Positions 46,077-53,339 of a stretch of 64,000 nt of DNA are shown piece by piece. Each line of letters starts with the position of its first letter. The stretch's first letter is position 1. The stretch comes from Candidatus Saccharimonadales bacterium (GTDB taxonomy: Bacteria > Patescibacteriota > Saccharimonadia > Saccharimonadales > EFPC-124), in NCBI GenBank assembly GCA_035710125.1, contig DASTDY010000063.1:86446-150445 (forward strand), written 5' to 3'. The translations under genes and the position numbers were made by a program. Below the pieces are notes generated by a model that saw only the letters and a list, made by a program, of their open reading frames with translations, was not told where the DNA came from and ran no database searches.

Positions 46077-46152
46077 GCGGGTGTCGTATAATGGTTCAAT
46101 ATATCTGCCTTCCAAGCAGAAGCTGCGGGTTCGATTCCCGCCACCCGCACCA
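46077..46152 (+). tRNA. tRNA-Gly (UCC)
   Basis: Manual cloverleaf: acceptor GCGGGTG/CACCCGC, anticodon loop CTTCCAA, T-loop TTCGATT, CCA encoded. Confidence 0.95.
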
Positions 46153-46165
46153 AGCAATTATTTCC

Positions 46166-46191
46166 AAGGACCCTAACTGTGGGTCCTTTTT
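46166..46191 (+). terminator. intrinsic terminator after tRNA-Gly
   Basis: AAGGACCC-7 nt-GGGTCCTT followed by a T run. Confidence 0.7.
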
Positions 46192-46207
46192 GGGTTATCA
46201 TAAAATA

Positions 46208-46801
46208 ATGGAACGATCTACCATAGTTTTTACCGAAGTCGCCGCGCTTTATTCTGCTGCAACCACCAGCATGGGTAAGTGGATGTGGCAAAACCATACC
46301 CAATGGGTTGCAGATAGGGCAAAAGAGCTGGCAGTAAAGTACAAGGCAAATACAGAGCAAGTATATTGTGCCGCACTTATTCACGATTTGGGCGATAGCA
46401 AATACGAAAGAGGCGATAAAGCTTTTGAATCGTGGTCATGGGAGACCGGCAAAGCAATTCTTAAAAGGGCCGGCTTTCGAAAAATCGAGCGCGATGCCAT
46501 TTTAGAAGCCGTCCGTACGCATTCTTGCCACCCTGGCCACATGCCGACAGCCCAAGAGGGCAGGGTGTTGGCCACTGCCGATGCAATGTGGCATTTACAA
46601 ACTAATTTTTTTCCGGTCATTTGTTATATGAACCGCCCAGATACCACGCATTCGTACGAAGAATGGCAGTTATGGTTTAAAAATAAGATCGAACGCGATT
46701 TTGGTACTAAAATTTTATTTGAAGCTGAACGTACAGAAGTACAAGAAGACTATAAGGCCTTGATGCGGGTTTTTGGCAATACGGCACTTAAAAGTAAGTA
46801 G
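46208..46801 (+). CDS. HD-domain phosphohydrolase
   Basis: AALIHDLGD (HD motif). The listed ORF start runs through tRNA-Gly and was trimmed to Met52. Confidence 0.75.
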   Translation: MERSTIVFTEVAALYSAATTSMGKWMWQNHTQWVADRAKELAVKYKANTEQVYCAALIHDLGDSKYERGDKAFESWSWETGKAILKRAGFRKIERDAILEAVRTHSCHPGHMPTAQEGRVLATADAMWHLQTNFFPVICYMNRPDTTHSYEEWQLWFKNKIERDFGTKILFEAERTEVQEDYKALMRVFGNTALKSK

Positions 46802-46818
46802 GCGGCACGGGCACGAAA

Positions 46819-46857
46819 ACAACCCACGTAACCGGTTTGGGCCGTTTCGTGGGTTGT
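46819..46857 (-). terminator. perfect 10-bp hairpin after cassette G
   Basis: ACAACCCACG-19 nt-CGTGGGTTGT. Confidence 0.4.
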
Positions 46858-46879
46858 GAACCCATATGAAGTTGTTTTT

Positions 46880-47389
46880 TCATCGCAGAATCCACGCCTT
46901 CACCTTGTGCACTGCGTAGCCGTGTTGGAATGCTCCGGAGCGCATGATACGCTCCAGGTTGGCCGCAGCGGTGTGTGGGTTGTCGAGCACTTGTTCGTAC
47001 TCGAGGAGCAAGTTGAGCATGCAGTCTTCCATGTGGGTGTAGGGGCAGAGCTCGTTGGTGGCGATCTTGATGATCGTGTTGTGGTTGGAGCTCAGCTCGT
47101 ACTCGATGCTGAACGCGAGTCGGGAGTCGCTCAGCGTCATGGCGCAACAGCCGACTCCTAGCTCCCACACCATTTTCTGCCGGCCTCGTTCGACGTCTGC
47201 GACTACCTTTTCGTAGAATGGACACCGGAAGAACCTTTGGCCGGCGTGCACGCGGTATGAGCCGCCGCGCCTGGTGACCAAAAAGGTGTCGGCGTCTACC
47301 TTGACAAAGACGTACGAGTAGACGCGCGCCAGCAGAACGGCCAACAAGCAAACTGCAACCGCTGCCAAAAAAACATATATGAGTTGCAT
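46880..47389 (-). CDS. N-terminally anchored membrane protein with SPFH/band-7-like beginning, GC-rich cassette G
   Basis: 169 aa; TM MQLIYVFLAAVAVCLLAVLLA, then YVFVKVDADTFLVTRRGGSYRVHAGQRFFRCPF (SPFH-like pattern). The alternative R-rich frame 46788..47351 was rejected. Confidence 0.55.
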   Translation of the reverse strand: MQLIYVFLAAVAVCLLAVLLARVYSYVFVKVDADTFLVTRRGGSYRVHAGQRFFRCPFYEKVVADVERGRQKMVWELGVGCCAMTLSDSRLAFSIEYELSSNHNTIIKIATNELCPYTHMEDCMLNLLLEYEQVLDNPHTAAANLERIMRSGAFQHGYAVHKVKAWILR

Positions 47390-47509
47390 TGCCGCCCTTT
47401 CAAGTGCGAGCCAATGGGTAATGTATATTATAATGGATTTTATTAAAAAAGCAATGCCTCACAAAGGCTATCGGTATGCATTACCTCGACGATACTAATA
47501 CTTTGTAAT

Positions 47510-47542
47510 GCCCGACACACCCTGCGAGTAGGCGTGTCGGGC
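47510..47542 (-). terminator. perfect 9-bp GC-rich hairpin after cassette H
   Basis: GCCCGACAC-15 nt-GTGTCGGGC. Confidence 0.45.
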
Positions 47543-47550
47543 TGTCAACA

Positions 47551-47976
47551 TCAGAACTGCCTTGGGTTATCCCATGCGAGTTGCAGTAGCCGGAACAGCG
47601 CTCGCTTGCCGCTCACGTGGGATGCCAGTGAGTAGGCGAGCAGCCAAGCAGTGTGCTCGGCTTCAAGCGCCATATCTTTGAGGTTTCCACCCCCAACCGC
47701 AAGCGCGTTCCATGCCGTTTCGGCCTGCTGGCGAGTTCGACGCAATGCCTCGGCGCTTGCGTCCAGGTGCGATTGGGCCTCTTGCTGCGAAAGACCCCTG
47801 ACCCTGGCGTACAGCTCTGACCAGCGCTGATGTTCCTCTAGCAGTTCAGCGGCAGCGGGGTCGCCCACCTTTTCGGCAGCTGCAAAGTCGCGGCTGACTC
47901 TAGGGTGGCTCTCTAGTGCCATGCGGAAGAACAGGTGTGTGTATTCGGCAAGCCATTCGGGGCTCTCTACGCTCAC
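47551..47976 (-). CDS. all-helical hypothetical protein, GC-rich cassette H
   Basis: GTG start 5 nt after AGGAGG (47987..47982). The AT-rich sequence upstream of that point looks like native leader. No family recognised. Confidence 0.55.
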   Translation of the reverse strand: MSVESPEWLAEYTHLFFRMALESHPRVSRDFAAAEKVGDPAAAELLEEHQRWSELYARVRGLSQQEAQSHLDASAEALRRTRQQAETAWNALAVGGGNLKDMALEAEHTAWLLAYSLASHVSGKRALFRLLQLAWDNPRQF

Positions 47977-48126
47977 AGATACCTCCTGAGAATAATGTGA
48001 CATTTTAAGATAAGAATAATTGCTTGTGTTGGTCAAGTATTATGGATGGTCGCCATTATTTTGCCAATCACCTACATAAACATAAAAAATACCCTAAATT
48101 AAGGGGTATTTTTTTATATAATTTCA

Positions 48127-48204
48127 TGGGGCGAATGATGGGACTTGAACCCACGGCCTCCGGAGCCACAATCCAGCGCTCTAACCAACTGAGCTACATC
48201 CGCC
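48127..48204 (-). tRNA. tRNA-His (GUG) with encoded G-1 and CCA
   Basis: Manual cloverleaf: G-1 + GCGGATG/CATTCGC + C73, anticodon loop TTGTGGC, T-loop TTCAAGT. Confidence 0.95.
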
Positions 48205-48273
48205 AAACGGTGCGTCTAAACGACGCAGCTAATTGTAGCAGGTTTTTGCCCAAAAGAACAGATCGCCGTTAGG

Positions 48274-48837
48274 TTATATCGTGCTTTTTGCGGCCAAGGT
48301 GCCGGTGTGTTTAGGTAGGACACCATGGCTTTTTAGGCAGGCCTCGATTTTTTTAACCAAACGTCGCTGCTTCATTGCAAGCTTTGGATCGTCTGGGCCA
48401 AGCATTGTGGTGTCATGTAGGATTTCGGGGCTGAGGGTCGCCACCGCAAGCTGTAGATCGCACCGGTCTATACCAAGTATGTCGTTGCCTAGCGTTTTGG
48501 CCTCGGGTTCGAAAGCAGTGTCACGGTACGTCCAGCTATCAAGGTAAAACACAACAATGTGCTTGCCGTAGGCCGGTAAAAGGGTGTGCTCTACAAAATC
48601 GGCGAGCTCGCCAGAGCGGTCGTATTCGAGGTATATGAATTTTTTGGCTGGGAACCACCGTGTGGTTATGGCATTGCGGAAGTTGGTCAGCCGCTTCATC
48701 TTTGCAGGGTACCTAAGCGTTGCAAAGATAATCGACAGCGGAAATACAACGCAAACAACCACTAAAATGAGTGGCAGGGCGAGTATCCAACTAATCGCGC
48801 TAAGCAGGCGTTTCATAGTTTGTGTACTATAAAACAA
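48274..48837 (-). CDS. hypothetical N-terminally anchored membrane protein
   Basis: 187 aa; one TM (LLSAISWILALPLILVVVCVVFPL); no family recognised. Confidence 0.55.
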   Translation of the reverse strand: MFYSTQTMKRLLSAISWILALPLILVVVCVVFPLSIIFATLRYPAKMKRLTNFRNAITTRWFPAKKFIYLEYDRSGELADFVEHTLLPAYGKHIVVFYLDSWTYRDTAFEPEAKTLGNDILGIDRCDLQLAVATLSPEILHDTTMLGPDDPKLAMKQRRLVKKIEACLKSHGVLPKHTGTLAAKSTI

Positions 48838-48850
48838 TGTGCCTGATAAA

Positions 48851-49060
48851 TCAAGTATCTAGCGGTTTTTGCAACAAGCCTTTACCTAATGTGACAGATC
48901 GCATTACTGTATTTTCTGCATTCTGCTGGAGCACTTGCGCAGTGCCTGGTTCGTGATCTTCAATAAGGCCGGCAACGGCCACGCGCTCGGCCTCGGTTAA
49001 ATTTGGTTCAAATTCGTAGCGGTTTACTTCTTGGGATGGTACTTTTGTAGGTTCAGACAT
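48851..49060 (-). CDS. small hypothetical protein
   Basis: 69-aa acidic ORF (MSEPTKVPSQEVNRYEFEPNLTEAERVAV...); weak SD. The upstream part of the listed ORF is the repeat element. Confidence 0.35.
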   Translation of the reverse strand: MSEPTKVPSQEVNRYEFEPNLTEAERVAVAGLIEDHEPGTAQVLQQNAENTVMRSVTLGKGLLQKPLDT

Positions 49061-49067
49061 ACCAATT

Positions 49068-49113
49068 TTGGGCATGCAAAAAGCCCTACTAGCATCTTTT
49101 TGCATGGTTGTGC
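49068..49113 (+). repeat. direct repeat copy 1 (46 nt) downstream of 3-TM cassette I
   Basis: TTGGGCATGCAAAAAGCCCTACTAGCATCTTTTTGCATGGTTGTGC shares a 27-nt identical core with 50301..50327. Confidence 0.85.
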
Positions 49114-49137
49114 AGTTTTAGATGTGTTCGGGCTGTT

Positions 49138-49167
49138 GCCAGGGAGGGGGTGATGTCCCTCCCTGGC
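49138..49167 (-). terminator. perfect 11-bp GC-rich hairpin after cassette I
   Basis: GCCAGGGAGGG-8 nt-CCCTCCCTGGC. Confidence 0.5.
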
Positions 49168-49183
49168 GCCTCGGGTAGTGCGG

Positions 49184-49549
49184 TCAGACGTGCGTGGCGA
49201 CCGGTTCTGCGTGCGCTGCTCCTTGCTGTTCCTTCTTGTGGTCTTCGACGGTGGTGAGTGTGAGGCCCACGGGCAGGGCGGCGATCAGGACGAAGATGGC
49301 GAGCGAGAGTGGCGCGGTGAAGAGCCCCCAGTCGTAGTTGTCCCACGCGCGCAGCTCGATCGAGATCGAGATCGCGCACACCTCGCAGACGAGGATGGCG
49401 ACCACGAGCGTGTGGGTCCAGAAGTTGACGCCGCCCTTGCGTCCGTTGAGGTAGGCTGCGTAGAAGGCAACGGTCAGGCTGATCAGGGCGAAGAGCAGGG
49501 TGTCCGAGACAAACGGCACCAGGCTGTTCGAGACCGGAGTGCAAGTCAT
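49184..49549 (-). CDS. 3-TM small membrane protein with charged C-tail, GC-rich cassette I
   Basis: 121 aa; GGGAG SD 6 nt upstream. Paralogue of 50254..50670 (shared AY..G, Glu in TM2, R..AW[DN], LP[VI]G). Confidence 0.65.
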   Translation of the reverse strand: MTCTPVSNSLVPFVSDTLLFALISLTVAFYAAYLNGRKGGVNFWTHTLVVAILVCEVCAISISIELRAWDNYDWGLFTAPLSLAIFVLIAALPVGLTLTTVEDHKKEQQGAAHAEPVATHV

Positions 49550-49596
49550 GAGGTTCTCCCGAGGGTAGGTGTAAGGCGGGGTGCCATTACACGTTC

Positions 49597-49625
49597 ATTA
49601 CATAATATTAGAACTTGTATGTCAA
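49597..49625 (-). promoter_or_regulatory. near-consensus sigma70-like promoter of cassette I
   Basis: Minus strand TTGACA-N17-TGTAAT. Confidence 0.55.
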
Positions 49626-49711
49626 GTTTATGTCTCTGGCGTACCTTCTTGTTTCTGACAAATAACTTAAAAGTGGTTTACGTAAGCTTAAAAAGTTGGC
49701 ACAATTAACCT

Positions 49712-50284
49712 ATGGAAAATACAGTATGCTACTTAATCGGTGGCGCAGCGCGCACTGGCAAAACAACTATGGCTAACGAGCTAGCCGTAGAGCATGGCAT
49801 AAAGCCGTTTTGTACTGATTCATTGCACGTTATGCTAACAAAATTAGTGCGTCGTCAAGACAACCCCGATCTTTTTTATACGCATGATCTTTCTGTTGAG
49901 CAGTTCTACGAGAAAAATAATACACCTCAGAAAGCGTTGGAAGCTACGGTTAAAGCCGCTCTTGCATCTGAATACGGGTTTACAGTATTCATAGAGCGTA
50001 TTTTGCCGTCCTGGCAGGTTATGGTAATAGAGGGCACGCTAATAACTCCAGGTTTTGTGAGCCGGCTGCGGCAGAAGTATCCAGACACTACATTTGAGGC
50101 GACCTTTTTGTACGATGATAACTTGGATCGGATTCGTGATAGAATCTACACCCATGGCCTGTATTACCGTACGCCCTATTCTGACAACATAAAGCCTAAA
50201 GAGGTCGCATACGTTCAGGCATGCAACGACTGGTATAAAAAAGAGGCAAAACGCTACAAAATGGAGTTAATACACATTTTGTAG
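49712..50284 (+). CDS. P-loop ATPase, 2-phosphoglycerate-kinase-like
   Basis: YLIGGAARTGKTTMANELA, ...CTDSLHVML, VIEGTLITP; 190 aa. Confidence 0.65.
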   Translation: MENTVCYLIGGAARTGKTTMANELAVEHGIKPFCTDSLHVMLTKLVRRQDNPDLFYTHDLSVEQFYEKNNTPQKALEATVKAALASEYGFTVFIERILPSWQVMVIEGTLITPGFVSRLRQKYPDTTFEATFLYDDNLDRIRDRIYTHGLYYRTPYSDNIKPKEVAYVQACNDWYKKEAKRYKMELIHIL

Positions 50285-50670
50285 ATATTAAACCTTGGGA
50301 ATGCAAAAAGCCCTACTAGCATCTTTTCGCGTTGGGTTGTGCTGTTCTTCTGCTCGTCGTTGCGCTTCTTCTGCTCGTTCTGGAACTCCTCTTCGCCGGC
50401 GCAGCGGGCACCGATCGGCAGGACGAAGATCGCGACGATGGCGATGATCGCCACCCAGATGCTCCACCACATGAAGGCGTCGGTGTTCCACGCGTTCCAG
50501 CGGAACGTGAGCGCGACCATGCCGGCCTCGGCGAGCAGCAGTGACAGGAACTCCAGGGAGTAAACCCAGGACTCGATGGGACGGTTGCGCAGGCCGCTGA
50601 CGTACGCCGTGAAGGTGGCGTGCGTCACGCCGACGACGGCGAAGATCATGCAGAGGGCGTTGATGACCAT
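50254..50670 (-). CDS. 3-TM small membrane protein, GC-rich cassette J (paralogue of cassette I; C-terminus reads through the repeat)
   Basis: Start ATG 50670 sits behind the conserved leader ...CCTACCCTCGGGAGTTCCTC. The ORF tail overlaps the convergent P-loop gene by 31 nt. Confidence 0.55.
   Translation of the reverse strand: MVINALCMIFAVVGVTHATFTAYVSGLRNRPIESWVYSLEFLSLLLAEAGMVALTFRWNAWNTDAFMWWSIWVAIIAIVAIFVLPIGARCAGEEEFQNEQKKRNDEQKNSTTQREKMLVGLFAFPRFNIYKMCINSIL
50295..50342 (+). repeat. direct repeat copy 2 (48 nt), inside the 3' end of cassette J ORF
   Basis: TTGGGAATGCAAAAAGCCCTACTAGCATCTTTTCGCGTTGGGTTGTGC. Confidence 0.85.
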
Positions 50671-50718
50671 GAGGAACTCCCGAGGGTAGGGCAAAGGCGG
50701 GTGCCGTATGCTGAATGT

Positions 50719-50747
50719 ATTATATAATTAATAACTTAAAACGTCAA
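50719..50747 (-). promoter_or_regulatory. near-consensus sigma70-like promoter of cassette J
   Basis: Minus strand TTGACG-N17-TATAAT. Confidence 0.55.
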
Positions 50748-50804
50748 ATACGTTTGCTCTTTTAAGGTATTCCGAGAGCATGATAAATAAAAAATAATTT
50801 CACC

Positions 50805-50880
50805 TGGTACCCCGGGTTGGACTCGAACCAACGGCCAGAAGCTTAGAAGTCTCCTGCTCTATCCACTGAGCTACCGGGGC
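50805..50880 (-). tRNA. tRNA-Arg (UCU)
   Basis: Manual cloverleaf: acceptor GCCCCGG/CCGGGGT, anticodon loop CTTCTAA, T-loop TTCGAGT, CCA encoded. There is one A-G mismatch at the base of the anticodon stem. Confidence 0.85.
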
Positions 50881-50916
50881 ATGGGGTAATTGTACCAGAT
50901 CGGCTATACTTGGGGT

Positions 50917-51507
50917 ATGACAAATAGGGTTCGGAAGACGCTTGGTGATAGGCTGTGGCTTATTTTTGGTATCACCGCTTTGGTAGCAGGCACGTACGTT
51001 TTGCTGCTCGCTTTTGCGCCGGCACTGCCCTTATGGATGTCGGGCGCACAGCAAATTAAGGTGGACCTTGCCCAAATTAAGCCTGGCGACCAAGGGAACC
51101 GCTTGTTTATTCCGTCTATTAATGTCAACGTTGCGATTGGCGAAGGCAATGACCCTAGTGTGCTAGACGGTGGTGCATGGCACCGCCAACCTCAAAACGG
51201 CAATCCTTTGACAGGCGGTAATTTTGTACTGAGCGCGCACAGGTTTGCAATGGGGCTTACCCCGGCACACACCCTAGAGAAGTCGCCGTTTTATAATATA
51301 GATAAACTTTTTACAGGCGATGAGATTTTTGTAGATTACCAAGGCGCACGGTACACCTATAAGATTACCAAGCGCTATGACGTGCCGCGGACGGCAGTAG
51401 AAATTGAAGCGCCGAGCGACAAGGCTAAACTTACGCTATATTCGTGCGATTTGCGGGGTGAGCAGGCCGGACGCATCGTGCTCGAAGCCGAACCGCTAGG
51501 GTTATGA
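50917..51507 (+). CDS. sortase-family transpeptidase
   Basis: N-terminal TM, His in FVLSAHR, Cys in LTLYSCD (TLxTC-like), Arg in GRIVLEA. Confidence 0.7.
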   Translation: MTNRVRKTLGDRLWLIFGITALVAGTYVLLLAFAPALPLWMSGAQQIKVDLAQIKPGDQGNRLFIPSINVNVAIGEGNDPSVLDGGAWHRQPQNGNPLTGGNFVLSAHRFAMGLTPAHTLEKSPFYNIDKLFTGDEIFVDYQGARYTYKITKRYDVPRTAVEIEAPSDKAKLTLYSCDLRGEQAGRIVLEAEPLGL

Positions 51508-51541
51508 CACACAGTCGCGCCAAAGGCTACTTTTTCGACCT

Positions 51542-53071
51542 TTAAATCTCGCGGATCACCTCTATATTTGCGCCAATGCTATTAAGGCGGGCGGCCAAAT
51601 CTTCGTACCCGCGGTTAATCGAATACACGTTGCGCAGCACAGACACGCCATCTGCCGCCAACATACCAATCAAAATCAGTACAGCCGGACGTAAGGCGGG
51701 CGGGCAAATAACCTCGGCGGCGCGCCAGTGGGTGGGGCCGTTAATGTAGGCGCGGTGCACATCGGCTAGGGTTACGTCGGCATTTAATTTGGTAAGCTCT
51801 GTGTAATAAATGGCGCGGTTTTCGTATGTCCAGTCGTGGACCAACGTTTTGCCTCGGGCGTTGGCGGCAATCGGCACAAAGTAAGGCAGGTTGTCCATGT
51901 TCATGCCGGGGTCGTCGTGGGCTTCTAGTTTATCTTCTAGCGCCACAAGGTCAGATGCGTCAATACACTGGATATCTACTAAATTAGTGTGGCCGTTTTT
52001 AGCTTTGTACGGCTCGCTTACCTTGAATTTAAAGTTCATTTTTTCTAGTTTTAGCAGTTCTAAGTCTAAAAAGTCGATTGGCGCACGGCGGATGTGTATA
52101 GGTGAATTGGTAGTTGCGGCAATACTTAAAAAGGTCATTGCCTCTATTGGGTCTTCGCTTGGCCAATACTCTACATCTTTATTGATGTTTTTTACGCCGT
52201 GGATCCGCAGTGTGTGGGTGCCAATACCCTCTATTTTTACGCCCAGTTTGGTCAAGAAATGGCATACATCCACCACCATATAGTTGCTCGCGGCGCGGCG
52301 GATCTCTACCACGCCGTCAATGCGGGCGGCTGCCATAACGGCGTTTTCGGTTGGCGTGTTACCGCTTTCGTACATGACAATTTTGCCGGGGTTACGTGGT
52401 TTGGCGGTGCAGTTATACCAACCGGTTACGGTGTCTACGCTAAGGCCCATTTCTTCTAATGCGTACAGATGCGGCTTAATGGTGCGTTCGCCTAGCTTAC
52501 ATCCACCGGCAAACGGAATGCGAAATTCGGGCATTAGGTGCATAAGCGGCCCCATGTACATAATGACGCTGCGGGTTTTGCGGCCGGCTGCTGCGTCGAT
52601 TTTGTTCATTTGTAGTTTTGCAGGTGGTTTTATTTCTAGGTCGCCAAGGTCGTTGAGCCAGCGCACTTTAACGCCAATGCTTAGCATAACTTCTATAAGC
52701 CGGTTGACCTCTTCAATCTTAGGCATGCGGCGTAGGGTAGTGGTGCCTTTGTTTAGTAATGATGCGCATAAAAGGCCCACTGCAGCGTTTTTACTAGTAC
52801 GGACAGTAATATCACCCTTGAGTTTATGGCCGCCCTCAACTCGGAAGTTAAGCGTGCCAGGGCGGTGCAGCGAAATAATTTCGCTATTTAAGGCGTCGCT
52901 AATGCGCGCCAGCATTTCCATGCTTAGGTTTTGACCCCCGTTTTCTATGCGGTTGATGGCACTCTGGCTGGTGCCCAGCGCCTGCGCAAACTGAGCCTGG
53001 GTAAGGCCGCGGTCTAAACGGGTTTGTTGAATAAGTTTACCTATTTTTTGCTTGTAGTCGGTTTCGCTCAT
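51542..53071 (-). CDS. murA: XRE-type HTH domain fused to UDP-N-acetylglucosamine 1-carboxyvinyltransferase (MurA-like)
   Basis: The first roughly 70 aa are LTQAQFAQALGTSQSAINRIENG (an HTH_3 pattern). The rest has the EPSP/MurA fold with FAGGCKLGERTIKPH (active-site Cys loop). Confidence 0.85.
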   Translation of the reverse strand: MSETDYKQKIGKLIQQTRLDRGLTQAQFAQALGTSQSAINRIENGGQNLSMEMLARISDALNSEIISLHRPGTLNFRVEGGHKLKGDITVRTSKNAAVGLLCASLLNKGTTTLRRMPKIEEVNRLIEVMLSIGVKVRWLNDLGDLEIKPPAKLQMNKIDAAAGRKTRSVIMYMGPLMHLMPEFRIPFAGGCKLGERTIKPHLYALEEMGLSVDTVTGWYNCTAKPRNPGKIVMYESGNTPTENAVMAAARIDGVVEIRRAASNYMVVDVCHFLTKLGVKIEGIGTHTLRIHGVKNINKDVEYWPSEDPIEAMTFLSIAATTNSPIHIRRAPIDFLDLELLKLEKMNFKFKVSEPYKAKNGHTNLVDIQCIDASDLVALEDKLEAHDDPGMNMDNLPYFVPIAANARGKTLVHDWTYENRAIYYTELTKLNADVTLADVHRAYINGPTHWRAAEVICPPALRPAVLILIGMLAADGVSVLRNVYSINRGYEDLAARLNSIGANIEVIREI

Positions 53072-53339
53072 GGCTTAAAGTATATCACACATGATATAGA
53101 TTTTTGCAAGTTTTATTGTCTTGTAAAAATATACGTTTATAAAATCCCCACCCACCTACTTGTTGGTAGAGGACTCTTCTGACCCGCAGGGCGAAGTAGT
53201 CTCGTCACTCTTTGTGGCGAGACGAGGTACTCCACTAGCAAGTGTGGGGGATTTTACCTTTTACCCGTGCAACTGTACAATAAAATCATGCTGTAACAAC
53301 ATCCAACCCATTCAAACAAACCTAATGGAGACTCCAAAA

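Noticed and set aside
46055-46207. N-terminal extensions of listed ORFs running through tRNA genes (HD protein through tRNA-Gly; murB 56935-57000 into tRNA-Arg)
   Set aside because: tRNA sequence and a terminator occupy these segments, and internal ATGs give normal N-termini.
46788-47351. Alternative minus-frame ORFs in cassettes G (46788-47351) and I (49089-49544)
   Set aside because: They are Arg-rich and low-complexity. The competing frames give TM helices, SDs and, for cassette I, a paralogue.
49073-49100. The repeat core hairpin (GCAAAAAG...CTTTTTGC) as a plain intrinsic terminator
   Set aside because: The stem is 8 bp, almost all A-T, with a 12-nt loop. Cassette I already has a strong GC hairpin upstream of it. 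It is kept as a repeat of unknown role.
53141-53339. Calling the glyA leader a ZTP, THF, glycine riboswitch or T-box
   Set aside because: I could not find the respective core sequences: ACUGGCG...CCGCCUGGGC for ZTP, GGAGAG...CACCGAAGG for glycine, and the T-box GGUGGUACCGCG. CCGCAGGGCG is only a loose resemblance. It is reported as an unclassified structure only.
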